Below are positions 1 through 13,481 of a stretch of 64,000 bases of DNA, piece after piece. Each line of letters begins with the position of its first letter. Positions within the stretch are counted from its first letter, which is position 1. The notes beneath the pieces were generated by a model. It saw only the letters and a list, made by a program, of their open reading frames with translations, did no database searches and had not been told where the DNA came from. Position numbers and translations under genes: made by a program. This stretch comes from Eledone cirrhosa (taxonomy: Eukaryota), in NCBI GenBank assembly GCA_964016885.1, contig OZ024743.1:164858001-164922000 (forward strand), written 5' to 3'.

Positions 1-282
1 GCCAGACCAGCCACAGTCGCCTGCGATGACCGTTTTTAATTTTTACCTTGTAGACTTATTTAGAATTTTTTTCGTAACTGTAATACAATTTTCTGTTAGT
101 TGACCTTTACTAAAGGGCTTCACTGATAGGATTATGTGTGTTATAATTTCCCAGTTCCATGTTATGGAAAGAAGTTGTGGTGAATCTTTGGAATAGTGCT
201 TAATAAATATTAATGGCCCTAATAGTTGTTCCAATGTTCAAAAGTGGCCCGCCAATGGAATATGTTGCACACCCCTGATTTA

Positions 283-432
283 AACCATCAATAAAATAAA
301 CTTTAGCATATTTAGGAATATTATCAACTGCATTATACAATGAATTTATTCTGTGATAAAATTGACCTTGTATTTTGAAAACTGGCATGAATCCTGGTAG
401 AGATATTGATTCACCGACTCAAATGAGTGTCA
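283..432 (-). pseudogene. Helitron Rep/helicase N-terminal fragment
   Basis: FKIQGQFYHRINSL...PKYAKVYFID aligns by eye with YKIQGQYFHLMGGLL...QKFVQVYLMG of the Helitron at 14.7 kb. Confidence 0.55.
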
Positions 433-434
433 TT

Positions 435-2730
435 CGTTACATTTCATCTCCTCTAGTCTGTGGTCACTTGTTGTTGAGTTTTGAAACTATTGTGCAGATT
501 TACTTAGCTAGGTTAAGTGGAATGTTGGTGCATGTATGAGCTGGATGAGCAGATGTGAAGAGGAGGTACTGTTGGGAGTCGCTGGATTTGAAAAATATGT
601 CAGTTTCTAGTTTTGTGTTTCTTTTTGTTATTAGTATGTCTCAGAAAGGAATTTTCATTGCTAAATTCCATAGTGAATTGGATTTTATATCATTAATGCA
701 GGCTTGAAAATTCCTTAGTTCATCAAGATTTTCCCACCACAAGATAAAACAGTAATCTAGGTATCTTTTCCAGTTTTCTTTTATATAGCAACTGAAGGTA
801 CTCCCATAAATTTGTGAAGCTTTTTTGTAGATTTTTTGTTCATGGTATCCCATGACCAAGTTGGCATATGTTGGCGCCACCCATGGCTGTTCCTGATTTC
901 TGTTGGTAGAGTCTTTCGTCGAATATGAAGTAATTGTTTTTTTAGGGGGAATTCAAGACTTTCTGTGATTAAGTTTCTGTTAAAACGGACTGGTAGCTCA
1001 CGAGGGAATGCGTTTAGCCAGTCAGTATCGGATAGCTTCAATTCTTTAGTCGTGAGGAATGTTACTATATAGGTTCACAAGATCAAATGAAACCATGAAA
1101 ATATTTTGGTTTACTTCCTTTGGTAGATGGTTGAGAAAATCTAGGTAATCTTGTATGAAACTCTGGATGTGTTTGATGAGAGGTCTTAATAAGATGTCAA
1201 GGAAATTACTTAGGTGATATGTCTTACAAATTGGGCATGCTATGATTGGTCTTAATTTTAAGTCGATTGGTATGGGTATATTTACACAATTACTTTTCAT
1301 CATATTGCATGTTTCATTAATTAGTTTGTGTTTGTGCTCTTTAGTCAGTCCATAATTGTTTCTACTATTGGCACAAGGCCAGAAATTACCCAGTACATTA
1401 CTGGTACTTTATTTTATCGACCCCGTAAGGATGAAAGGCTCCATAATGATTGCTTGTTTTACCTCTAACATTTGTGAGATAGTCAAATTCCTTGACTGCT
1501 AGACAGGTTCGGTATGGGTGTAGTAAACCAGTGAGTTGTTTCATCACTTTATGACGTTTGTATTCCTTGGCTATGTGTTGTCTCGTAGCATGTTCTGTAT
1601 GTTTGGGTAATGGTTTGTGTCTATAATGTCTCCTTTGTCATCTTTTATAACAATATTTCTATCCAGTTATATGTAGTTTAGTTGTTTCCATTATTGTCTG
1701 CTGAAGTTTGACTTTGTGGCATTTTCAGGTTTCCAATTGGGAAGTTTGAGATTTGGTCACAGAATTCATCCAGGGCTACATTTCTACCTCTTGGGGATTG
1801 GAATTCTTTTTTGTATTTTACTAGTGATTTGTCACTATATTCTTTAAAAAATAGTTGTTTCGTTAGTCTGAGTCTTCTACAGAAGTCCGAAATATAACTT
1901 TAATTTCTGCTATATTTGATGTTTGAGGTGTTGGTGTAAATTTTAATTCTTTGTTTAGGATATCTATTTGTGTGGGTGTTAGTGACTTTTGTGAGAGGTT
2001 GATTATCTATAAGATTTTGGGCCATCTCGTGTCCCTGTACCTCTGGTTCATCTCTAAAAAAATGGTCATTAGGGACGGATCCTCTATATTATCCCTCCTG
2101 TTATTTTGTGTGTAGTATTTTTTGTAATTGTTGTGTATTAACCTATTGTATTCATTATTCTGTTCCTTAAACTTATGTGTTGTGTGTTGGTTTCGGTTCA
2201 GTCTGAGATTATTTCAGTAGATCCCTGTGTTGGGTTTATTCTCTCTGAAGTTTGGATTTCTGTTTATTGTTCTGTCTTTATATGTATTTTCCATGGGATT
2301 ATTCTAATTTTGTCCAGGATTGTTAAGGTACATCCAGGTGTGTGGTTTGTTATTACTCCTTGTTTATATCTGATTATACTTTCTTCAAAATCTCTGTCTA
2401 CATCTCGTCTATATTGGGGTTGTGTTGTGTGGGTAGTATCAGTATGGGTTTTCGTGTTGTCGTTTTTTTATAGGGAGATTAGTATTTGAGGAATTTCTAG
2501 ATGATTCTCTATTTGGTAAGCTATTATCCATGTTTTGTTTGGACGATCATTTCTGTGCTTTTACGGAGTTTTTCTCCTTCATTGTTTATTTTCTTCATCT
2601 ATCCTTGTTTGTTTTTCTGTGTGTACATGTAAGTTGTCCAGTTTCTCTGTTATAGCACACAGTTTTGTATCAATTTCCTTTAATTGTGTGAGGATTTCTT
2701 CATTTATGTTTTTGTCCGATTTTTACTGAT
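435..2730 (-). mobile_element. Degenerate Penelope-like element (RT and thumb), interrupted by a SINE fragment
   Basis: KLRPIIAC, VSFDLVNLYSNIPH, MAPTYANLVMG, WKRYLDYCFILW and thumb DIFFKSSDSQQYL..SAHP..IPLNLA; many stops and frameshifts; upstream boundary approximate. Confidence 0.85.
1352..1440 (-). mobile_element. tRNA-derived SINE, 3' fragment
   Basis: Reverse complement of gcctttcatccttacggggtcgataaaataaagtaccag...gaaacaattat. Confidence 0.85.
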
Positions 2731-3136
2731 GTCCATCAGCGTATGTCTATCTGTGGTCAGGTGTCTGTGTGTGTGCATGTGTGGCCATCCATATTCCTCT
2801 CTGTGTGTGCATCAAACTACATAGATTGTTTTTTTTATATTTATCCGTTGCGCCTATTGTAATGGGGATTTTCATTTTATTTATATATATGTATCCGTAC
2901 GTATGCGTATATGTCTATATATACACGTGTGCGTCTGTATCTGTACACATATATATGTCTCTGTGTGCGTATGTATATGTATGTCTATATATATGTGTGT
3001 GTGTGTGTCTGTATGTATGTATGTCTATATATATATATATATATGTCTGTATGTGTGTCTATGCCTGTATGAGTGTGTACATATACATATCTATATGTGT
3101 ATCTTCTTATTGTTTTCTATTATTATCTGTATGGAA

Positions 3137-3329
3137 GGCGGTGAATTGGCAGTATCAGTAGAGCGTTGGACACCATGCTTTGCAGCATAGATTTACGGCC
3201 CTTTATAGTCTGAGTTCAAATCCAGCCGAGGTTAACTTTGCCTTTCATCCTTACGGGGTCGATAAAATAAAGCACCAGTTATACACTGGGGTAATTGCTG
3301 GCCTGGTGCCAAAAGTAGAAACAATTATT
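3137..3329 (+). mobile_element. tRNA-derived SINE, full length (~190 bp)
   Basis: A box tggcagtatcagtag, B box gagttcaaatcc, conserved body gcctttcatccttacggggtcgataaaat, ATT tail; about 11 copies in the window. Confidence 0.9.
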
Positions 3330-3389
3330 GTCTGTATAAACAAATTCATCTTTTTATTTTTTTAATTCATTTTTTCATTCAGGCGCTGC

Positions 3390-4240
3390 CCTGCGTCACG
3401 AAATTTGAACTGTCATTAATGATACGATGAACTATTACCGGGTCATCCTAGCGTGACACCCCGGCCTCAGATATGTTCACCACCAATCGTACTTTGGGTC
3501 CATCTTCAAAGGTGTATCTGGCAGAAGTTCCACTCTATCCGCCAACGCCCATATCTTCGAACAGCATGCTGTACGATACGATGAAGCCCTGGCCAAAGCG
3601 GGGCGCTCTAACCGGATCGCATACCTTGATAGAGACGGCGCATGTGAGTGCAAACCTGGGCCCAGCAACCCACTCGCAGCACCCAGTACCTGCACCTGCA
3701 CTACCGAGGGGAGTACCGGTTCCCTGGATCGTTGCACTTCAACTACCTCCTTGCTCTCTCGCTCATGTGACGATCCCGGCCTTACCACCCTGACCGCATT
3801 CTAGACCCCAGGCCTGGAAAGGGAGCGGTGAAGCACCGTGGTGATGATGACAATGACTTATCTTCCAGCCACGTCCCCAGTAGCTCTGACACTGTAGGAG
3901 AAGCTCCCACTGGGCACCGCAGCGGGGCTTCTGATGGTGGGCCCCCAACTAGAAGACTACGGGGTACCCCACCCGACCGCTATGGCCTGGCCCTGACGGA
4001 ACCGTCGCAAACCCCGCAAGGGAAATGTGACGTGGTATAATGCCCCTTACTCCAGAAGCCTTAAAACCAACATAGCGGGCCTCTACTTCTGGGCCCTGGA
4101 TGAGTGCTTTCCACTCTCGTATAGGTACCACATACTTTTCAACCAGCACACGGTGAAGTTCTCCTTCTCCACCATGCCCAACCTTGCGGAGATCATCGCG
4201 TCTATAACGAAAAGAGAGTTAAATGCCTATCAATAACTAT
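3390..4240 (+). mobile_element. GC-rich Naiad-type PLE fragment (thumb and linker)
   Basis: LRYVHHQS...LSANAHIFEQHAVRYDEALAKAG and WYNAPYSRSLKTNI...FP..RYHILFNQHTVKFSFSTMPN, homologous to 46800-47270. Confidence 0.75.
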
Positions 4241-4511
4241 AGGTTGAAACATTTATAGACCTTGTTTAGTGTGGTCCCGCTTCTTTTACTTGCAGCGACA
4301 GGCTTCTGACATCCATGTATAAATAATTATACTTTTAACACTCAATTCGATATAAATACATATTAATTTTTAGAAAGCCAAATTTCTATACGCACAGGAG
4401 GATAAGAAATGAAAGCAATTACTGATCATTAGTTTGAAGCTAGGCAAATACTTTCTAGAACAGAACAGGAAACGTTGAATATCTCATACCGTAATAGAAT
4501 AATTCCTGAGA

Positions 4512-5190
4512 TGTAGAATATGTCTAGTTGATAAATATTTAGTTCCTCTTTACAGGAAAATACAAGGGATATACAGGAGCTACTCCGTAGAAGAAAGTTA
4601 TCTCTCTGTCCAAGAAAGTGATCTCTCTGGTGAACCAGAAGGTTTTATAAGAAGGAGGCAACAATGTATTCATATGCGATCTAATACGATTGGTTTGTTT
4701 AACCAAATCACATATGAAACGTTGTTGCAAGGCATGACGTAGATCCGCTACATCACCCTCTGCTTAGACTGCGAAGCAGTCGATAAAAATGAGAAGAACA
4801 TCGCTGTAGAGGTAACACAAGTTAAGCAAAGTAAATACAAAAAAAGAATAGTTTGCTTCAAGGCAAGTTTCAAAATTTGTTATACATAAATCAATCACAT
4901 ATGTAAATTGATTTAGAAAGCTTCTTGGGCCAATGGACACGACGGCCGCTCCGGGTTGTCGTGACGTCTGTTGAAGGTGAAGGAGTGTGTGTATGAACTT
5001 GTGGTGCTTGCGGTGGTGTTTGTATTGACACAGTGTAGGAGGGGGAGTATGAGGCTATATAGTGAGAGCATCTGTGTACGCCCACTTCAGTCTGTCAATA
5101 GAGACTGTGTCTCTATGTCCATTAAAGTCAATGGTGAAATGGTGAAACGTTGTTGCAAGGTATGAAATAGTTCCACTACACGTCCATCAC
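4512..5190 (-). mobile_element. Gypsy LTR retrotransposon 3' fragment: integrase C-terminus, PPT and ~240-bp LTR (4512-4752)
   Basis: HFTIDFNGHRDTVSIDRLKWA and TTTRSGRRVHWPKKL; purine tract aagcagagggtga followed by TGTAG...CTACA termini. Confidence 0.7.
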
Positions 5191-5194
5191 CCTT

Positions 5195-5700
5195 AAAAAG
5201 CTACGGGAACACCTCCAAAATGACTGTACCGGAGGGTTCCTCGACGGAAGTGAACTCCCCAGGACAGGTGGCACTACCGTTCAATCCTTCCTAAATGATC
5301 GAAACCCCCAGTGCAATAATCCTTCTCTGGCATTGAATACCGCACCCTGCGGCATCCCTAGAAGATCACTGGCGAACTGCAACTGCAGATCCCTCGTAAC
5401 TGCCCCCTTAGCAGCCGCTGCAGAGTCTCGAGAGTGGTTTACTAGGAGGGGGGGGGGGACCTTCTGTATGTGGGAGATCTTTAAGCTACGCGGGTGTGTG
5501 ATCAACTCAAAGTCTGAGATCCTGATTAACTGTATGCACCGAAGACCCATCTGTTTGTCCATCTCACGGGTGAATGCGCCATGAGGGACTATAGTCATCT
5601 TTCAGGGACTGCCGACCTTGTCCTGCCACTGTAACCCTAACCCTAATCCTCGATTCGGAAGCCCTTGTGCACTGACCAATTTTCTGTTCATCCTGCATGT
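5195..5700 (+). mobile_element. Naiad-type PLE GIY-YIG remnant, probable continuation of 3390-4240
   Basis: NCNCRS..CPL..RC..VVY (frameshifted) and INSKSEILINCMHR, matching the EN at 18880-19300. Confidence 0.6.
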
Positions 5701-6338
5701 GCCATACTCTTTAGCTCATTGTGTTATCCTCATCCATGGGTTACACCATACCATCTGTATGCGTATATATGTGCATTCCTATATATGTTTATCCTACAAT
5801 CTGTATCTGTGAGTATGTATATGTGTATTTTTCCTTGTATGTATGCGTGTGTGTGCATGTGTGTGTCTGTGTGTGTGTGTACGCATTGCGATATGTGTAC
5901 CACTCTTCTTGTGTGAGACTCTATATATGAGCATTTATCTTTAATAATTCTTTTCTCTATATATGTGTGTGTTTGTATAGGTGTGTATGTACTCATGTAT
6001 AGGTGTGTGTATGTATGTATGTATATTTGTATGTTTATATATGTGTGTGTATATGTATATACATATATTATGTCAGGTCGCTCTTCAGCGTTACTGGTAA
6101 CATGTAATCCAGTACAACCTGTCGCATGGTCGGGTCGTCGGCGACTAAACCGGCAACCCCACCGAGCTTGCTTGGTGAGGAGGGTGGCATTTGGACACCC
6201 TGCGGGATGAAAAACAAAACTCGACAAAGGGCGGAAGAACTCAATAGAGTCAACGGCCATCAAAATACTGTGTACGTGTATGTGTGGGGGTGTATGAGTA
6301 CTCTATTTGTATATACTTATGTACATGCATTATTTTGG

Positions 6339-6519
6339 TTGGCAGTATCGGTAGAGGGTTGGACGCCATGCTTTCTAGCATAGTTACGTCCCTTTACAGT
6401 CTGAGTTCAAATCCCGCCGAGGCTAACTTTGCCTTTCATCCTTACGGGGTCGATAAAATAAAGTACCAGTAATGTACTGGGTAATTGGTGGCCTTGTGCC
6501 TAAAGTAGAAACAATTATT
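6339..6519 (+). mobile_element. tRNA-derived SINE
   Basis: Same family as 3137-3329; A and B boxes and tail present. Confidence 0.9.
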
Positions 6520-6522
6520 TTG

Positions 6523-6559
<37 letters not shown>

Positions 6560-6566
<7 letters not shown>

Positions 6567-6720
6567 GCAAGTTTACGATTCTGTGTGTCCGCCTAAAACT
6601 AGCAAACTACCGGACCAAACTCCTCAAAATTACATGTACATATTCACTATACACTCGGACAGGTAACGGTCGAAAAAGTTTTACTTTGCAAAGCAAGGAA
6701 TTCTGCTAAATTCAATTTAC
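6560..6720 (+). mobile_element. Non-autonomous Helitron-like 5' fragment
   Basis: tgtccgcctaaaactagcaaactaccggaccaaactcctcaaaatt resembles the 5' region of the Helitron at 48809; no 3' end found. Confidence 0.4.
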
Positions 6721-6784
6721 CTTATTTTCTAATGAATATGAAAAGAAACCATCCATTTTGTTTTTTTATGTTCTCCAGTCTATA

Positions 6785-7390
6785 GATAAGAGAGTGAGGG
6801 ATGGGAAGAGAGAAAGGGATGAGAGAGAAAGTGAGAGAGTGGCAGATGGGAGAGAGAGTAAGGGCATGAGAGAGAAAGAGAGAGTGTGGATGGAAGAGAG
6901 AGAGTAAGGGGGTGTGAGAGAGAAAGAAAGAGAGTAAGGAATGAGAGAGAGAGTGGGAGATGGGAGAGGGATGAGAGAGAAAGACGATGAAAGAGAGAGA
7001 GGGAAAGTAACCAGCGTTCTTAACTTTTATTTATCTTTTCTTTATTTTTTGTTCTCTATTCCGTAGAGAGAGGGGGGATGTGAGAGAGAAAGAGAGAGAG
7101 AGAGAGTAAGGGGATGGGAGAGAAAGAGAGGGAAAGTAGCAAGCGTTCATTAACTTTTATTTATTTATTATTTTTACACACTTCTTAACTCTCCCAATGT
7201 TATTTATCTTTTATTTATTTTTTGTTTGCTATTGTGTAAGGATGAGAGAGAGAGAGAAAGAGAGGAGATGAGAAAGAGAAAGGGAGTGAGGCGGATGGGG
7301 AGAAAAAGACAATAAGAAATAAGAAAAGATGGGAGAGAGAAAATAAAGTAAAGAGGCAGGAGAGAGGGAGGGTGATTGGAGGAATTCTTT
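6785..7390. repeat. GA-rich low-complexity tract
   Basis: Degenerate (GA)n and gggatgagagaga units. Confidence 0.85.
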
Positions 7391-7565
7391 AAGTAATGTG
7401 TGTCCGCGTTTATATCTGTTAGAACACGAAAAGTGTGAAACAACAGAATGTTCACTTTTCGTGTTCTAACATATATGCCTAACATCTTCATAAATTTTTC
7501 GGGGATAGCCGTGGTGGTGGTGATCGTATGTCATTGGCTAATTTTCAACCAATCAGAGTAAGTGT

Positions 7566-7609
<44 letters not shown>

Positions 7610-8039
7610 TATTCCCCCTCTCTCTATATATATCTTACGCTTTCGCTTTACACTCCTCCCCTTCAATAACACATTTCCCCCTCTCTATATATCTCTTCCA
7701 CTGTTACTTACGCCTGTTTCTCTCTATCTGTTCCGTCTCTATATATATATCTCTCTTACTCTTTCGCTTTGCACTCCTCCCCTTCAATACCATCTCTCCC
7801 CCTCTCTATATATTTGTTACTCTATCGCTGCACGCTCCTCTCCTTCAATATATCAGTTTCACACGCTTTACACTCCTTTATCCCCAGCGCCCCTATATAT
7901 ACACCCCCCCTCCCGCATCTATATTTTAATGTTCCGTTGCACCGTGAATATATGTGTCTATATATATATACATATATATTGTATATACACATTCATGTAT
8001 GTGTATACACACTCATGTATGTATATACACTGGTTTTAT

Positions 8040-8165
8040 GTGTGTATTGTAAATTTGTACTGTTAAAACACGAAACTAACATTCGATTGACACTTTGATT
8101 ACCTGTACAGGCAATAGTTATTAGAATGCTGTTGAAGTGTGTATATATTTTTGGGGGACATCCTG
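8040..8165. mobile_element. Tc1/mariner-like terminal fragment
   Basis: Ends ttttgggggacatcctg followed by TA, i.e. a TA|CAGGATGTCCCC-type TIR; the partner TIR is not seen. Confidence 0.4.
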
Positions 8166-8934
8166 TATATACACACATTATATATAATACAATAAACAGA
8201 TAAATACACACATATATATATGAGCTTATTTAATTATAAATATTGTGAATTTTTAACTCAGTTCAATTATATATATAAATGGCTTCTACAGGACTAGAAC
8301 TGTTTCATTCGAAAGAAATCATCATAATATTGAGAGGGGGGACTAGATAAAATATTTCAAATCAAATGTGTATAAGTTATAAGTTAAAATGTATAAATAG
8401 AGACGATAGTGGAGGTATATCTGTTTAGTGGAACAGTAGACGATAGAATTAAATGCAGACGAGAATCTCCCTTTAATGAAACAGCAGACGATAGAATTAA
8501 GGCAATTTAAATTTTAAGCATTTGCATTTCATCGTTACGGGGTCGATAAAATAAAGTACCAGTAATACACTGTCACTATAAGTAGACGACTTTCAAATTG
8601 AATTGTTGGTTCCATTTCTTTAGTATTTTCAATTGTAGTTATCTACTTAAAAAGCGTTACACGGTTAGAGACATAATTGGTAAGTTATATCTTCCCTATT
8701 AAACCATTGCATTATTTCGCCTACAATATAACAAAAATGAAATGTTCTTTAAAGAAACAGGAATATTACTTTATAAAAAAAAAAGTTGCATCCGCTTCTT
8801 TTATCATTGATAATTTTTTCGTTTTAATATTAATTGTTTTTTGTAGTTGTTTATATTAAAAATCTTACTGTAATATTTACTTAAACGAAGGCAGACATCT
8901 AAACTTATAGATTAATCTTGAGCGAAGGACTAGA

Positions 8935-9245
<311 letters not shown>

Positions 9246-9333
9246 TGAATTTCTCCTAAGTATTCAATCCTCTGTTGAGAAATACATTTTACATAAACAG
9301 TCTTTGTACCATTTATACGGTATTAATTACTTA

Positions 9334-9370
<37 letters not shown>

Positions 9371-9399
9371 CGTATGATTAGAACTGTGTTTATTATTAA

Positions 9400-9508
9400 T
9401 ATTTTAATGGATTTAATGAACAATTTTAGGTGTTCATATATATATTCTAAAACTGCGCGAAATCGTGAATCCGCGATAGTTGAACCGCCAAGTAGCGAGG
9501 TATCACTG
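9400..9508. mobile_element. pogo/Tigger-like terminal fragment
   Basis: Reverse complement reads TA|CAGTGATACCTCGCTACTTGGCGGTTC; single end only. Confidence 0.45.
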
Positions 9509-9536
9509 TATATATGTTTAAATATATAGTGTAGCT

Positions 9537-10001
9537 GTGATGTATCTCGCGAGTGAATCGAGACCTGTCACTGATTTTGGTGTCCCCACTGCCGATGTGA
9601 ATGAGCAACGCTGCACTTGTGAATTGGGTCTTGATGTTGCAGGCAGTTCATATACTTACAATGATGCGGTCCCACAAGCTTGTTCACATTCCTGTGCTAA
9701 TAATCTAGATGGGCGTATTAAATTGGATGTGAAAGCAGCTTACCGGATGCGGAATCGGGAGAAGTTGAGACAAAAACAGGCCGATTATAGAGCTGTGAAT
9801 TTTGCTAAATTAACACAAAAACAGGCCAAGTATAGATGTTCAAAACGGTATGAGTTGGCAAACAAGCAGGCCAAGTATAGATCTGCAAATTCAGCTATTA
9901 TATCTCAAAAGCAAGCCGAGCGTAGAGCTTCTAAACGTACCGAGTTGGCTAAAGAGCAGACCGAGTACAGATCTGCAAATATCTTATTGCACAAACAATA
10001 A
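9537..10001 (+). other. ORF remnant with a 15-aa KQAxYR repeat, probably the N-terminus of a TE (Helitron-like) protein
   Basis: KQADYRA / KQAKYRC / KQAKYRS / KQAERRA / EQTEYRS at 15-aa spacing. Confidence 0.35.
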
Positions 10002-10027
10002 TTCTGCACAAATGTTGCTCCATTATT

Positions 10028-10209
10028 TTGGCAGTATTGGTAGAGGGTCGGATGCCATGCTTTCCAGCATAGTTACGTCCCTTTACGATCTGAGTTCAAA
10101 TCCTGCCGAGGTTGACTTTGCCTTTCATCCTTACGGGGTCGATAAAATAAAGTACCAGTAATGCACTGGGTAATTGCTGGCCTTGTGCCTAAAGTAGAAA
10201 CAATTATTA
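10028..10209 (+). mobile_element. tRNA-derived SINE
   Basis: Same family as 3137-3329. Confidence 0.9.
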
Positions 10210-10393
10210 GATCTAATGTTGCAACGATACAGTTAAATGTTGTCTGTGTATTTTAAAAAAGATTTGCTTATAATCTTTTCAAATTTCATTACGCCAATGA
10301 TTCAAGCTCAAATTGACATTATCTAAAAAATTGTACAAACAGCGGTGGATTAGCAGTAGTGAACAGATAAATCAGTCAATTTATTAAGATTGA

Positions 10394-11047
10394 CTTGGCA
10401 TCAATCAGCAAGACCTTCATTAGCTGCTCTCCAGCCATCTATTTAAAGCTGTATACATCTATGGTACGAATACACTTGGAGTTCGCGTCATCAGTCTGGA
10501 ACCCCTATCTTGCTCAGAACATTGACCTCCTGGAAACTGTTCAGAGACATGCAACCAAGCGCATACCCTCCATCAGACACCTACCATACCCTGAATATTT
10601 TGCTTCCCTCTGGCAATGGACTTGGTAAACACCCACAAAGTTATTAACCATCCGACCAACAACAACCCCGAACACCTTTTTGATCTCCATGTGTCTAACA
10701 CGTGGACATGCCTACAAAGTCAGAAAACAACACAGCTCCCATGACTTTAGGAAATATTTCTTCATGCTCAGAGTTGCTGAAGGATGGAACAAACTTCCTG
10801 CATCAGTTGTTAGCTGATGACACACTGCATCCTTTAAAACCATCATACATTCCGAAATACACCAAAACTACACCTGATGTCCCCCTTCCATACACATGCA
10901 CATATGTGTATATCATGACTCATGCACTGTTCTTTTTTCCTGACGTTTTTATATTACCCTATGTATTATATATGCACTTTTGATGAGTTGTAGTGCACCT
11001 CAGCATTGTACACAATATTTTCATTATTATTATCATTATTATTATTA
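10394..11047 (+). mobile_element. CR1-clade LINE, 5'-truncated 3' end
   Basis: LYTSMVRIHLEFASSVWNPY..IDLLETVQRHATK, TRGHAYK, FFMLRVAEGWNKLP; (ATT)n tail. Confidence 0.85.
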
Positions 11048-11514
11048 CACTCATTGATCCATTTTGCACTAACTCTGCATCAAGCACCCTCACCTAAATA
11101 TTAACCAATCAAGGATCCAATACAGCTATCTGTTGGATGAGTATTGTATAGTGCCAAAAACGAAACCAATCAGTTTAGCAGAAAATTTCCAGACAAGAAA
11201 CACGCATATTTTGCTATCCTCAAACACGTTTACACATGGCATGAAATATAACTAATCCGAGATGGCTAGGTTTCATCTTCTAACTGGATATACGAAATCC
11301 ATTATGTCTTGACAACAACATGAGGTAACATTATGTTATTCACAGACACACTTTGTACACTGTTCCATATCAGAATGTATTTCCTTCGTCACATTCACAA
11401 ACAGTATTGAAAATATGTTCTTCGGCAAATAAAAATGTTTTGTTCATAATATTTCAACTAGCGATTGCTCTACTCCACGCACGACCACCATAAATTAATG
11501 ACCAGCTCAACACA

Positions 11515-11690
11515 AGTATTGGTAGAGCGTCAGACACCATGCTTTGCAGTATTGTTATGGTCCTTTGCATTCTAAGTTCAAATCCTGCCGAGGTTAACTT
11601 CGACTTTCATACTTACTAATTCGATAAAATAAAGTACCAGTAATGGACTGCCGTAATGGATTTGTGCCGAAAAATAGAAACACTATTAAT
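11515..11690 (+). mobile_element. tRNA-derived SINE, diverged
   Basis: B box gttcaaatcc, body and tail recognisable. Confidence 0.8.
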
Positions 11691-12238
11691 GTGCAATAAG
11701 AGCAAAATATAACGACATTGCTCAATTATTTTATCTAATGTTGTAATAACACAAGGAAATGTTGTTTGTGTATTTTTTTTTATATTTGCTCATAGGCTTT
11801 TACAATTTCGCTCAGCCAACAACTATTAAAAAGTGAGTTGCTTAAGATAACAATTTAATCACAAATTGTTGCTATCTTTTAATACACTCCAACAAGTCAT
11901 CAAATTATGTACAATAAAAACAAATCTTATTAATTTGCTCAGGGAATATAAAGAAAATGTATATACACTGATAATTGCAATTGTATGTAAATATTTTGTT
12001 TTTGTATTGTTTATTTTATGTTTTCTATTATGTATAATATATTGATTTAATATTGATTGTTTTTTGTAGTTGTTTATATTAAAAGTCTGAAAATATTTTT
12101 ATACATCTTACACTAATATTTATAAGATAATTTATAATAACAATTACATAATCTAATTACATTACAACGATAATTTATTATTAATATATATCCTCTTTAA
12201 CTAGAGTTATTACAAGCGTTGCCTTAAAAAAATATTAA

Positions 12239-13194
12239 ACTAGACATGAAAAATGCGCAAGCTCAAAAGTGCCACAGAATGTTATAATAAACCTTCAAAA
12301 GTGTGGGACTAGAGTTGTTGCTAAAAAATATTGTAATCATTATATATCGTACATTCTGTGGCATCCTTTATAAAAATAGCTTAAACCAACGAAGCCTTTA
12401 TTTTTACGCTATTTCACTTAGTTAATTCTTAGAGTGTAACATATAAAAAGAAATACATCTATGTTTAATGTAATAACAGCTATAAATAATTACGTAATAT
12501 TATTATCATATACTCATAGTAACAAAATAATTGTGTTGAAAATTAATATGATGCTTATATGAACGATCAAATTTATAATGATAATTTCTTAAATATACTA
12601 ATAGTAAAATAATTTAGTTATCTATTGTTACATTTTCATAGAACTATAATATTAACAATCGTATTGCATTATCAAATTTTTATCACTACAAACTTTCATA
12701 TTGGAATTACCTTAAGCCACTTATTATTACTTCGCTTTCGTACTTTTACAGCTGTAGATATTGCGCTGTATCTTATATCTAATATCAATATCTCATGGTA
12801 ATTTGCATGCAGTGTAAAATAGGTTTATTAATAACTTTAATATGAAATGTATTATACAGGGCTGCGGAGTCGGCCAAAAATTGACTGGCTCCAACTCAGG
12901 ATCCGATATTCCCTTATTTCCTAAATTTCAGCTCCGCAGCTCTGTTATTATATTAATTAATTTATTTTATAGTTGTAAATCATATTTTTATATGTTACAC
13001 TCTAAGAATTAACTAAGTGAAATAGCGTAAAAATAAAGGCTTCGTTGGTTTAAGCTATTTTTATAAAGGATGCCACAGAATGTACGATATATAATGATTA
13101 CAATATTTTTTAGCAACAACTCTAGTCCCACACTTTTGAAGGTTTATTATAACATTCTGTGGCACTTTTGAGCTTGCGCATTTTTCATGTCTAG
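12239..13194. repeat. Fold-back structure with ~210-bp near-perfect inverted arms
   Basis: 12239-12449 is the reverse complement of 12985-13194. Confidence 0.9.
12857..12944. mobile_element. 88-bp hAT-type MITE
   Basis: TIRs CAGGGCTGCGGAG / CTCCGCAGCTCTG; 8-bp TSD gtattata/ttattata with 1 mismatch. Confidence 0.7.
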
Positions 13195-13366
13195 TATATA
13201 TTTACACACACATATGTGTTATGGGGGGGGGGGGCGTTCTTTAGCAGACGATATATGTTACCATCAAAGCCTATTTTCTACATATGTCTAAAGAAATCAC
13301 AGATGCTTTTATAGAAGTTGTATACAAAAAGAAAAACGGTATTTTTAAAAGATATTATTTGAATAT

Positions 13367-13481
13367 GTTCAAATCCCGCCGAGGTTAACTTTGCCTTTCA
13401 TCCTTACGGGGTCGATAAAATAAAGTACCAGTAATACACTGGTTAATTGCTGGCCTTGTGTCAAAAGTAGAAACAATTATT
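13367..13481 (+). mobile_element. tRNA-derived SINE, 5'-truncated
   Basis: Runs from the B box to the tail. Confidence 0.85.

Noticed and set aside
3137-3240. tRNA gene
   Set aside because: A and B boxes are present, but there is no cloverleaf and it is the head of a repeated SINE
11050-11510. Helentron coding remnant
   Set aside because: Only vague peptide similarity and too many stops to support a call
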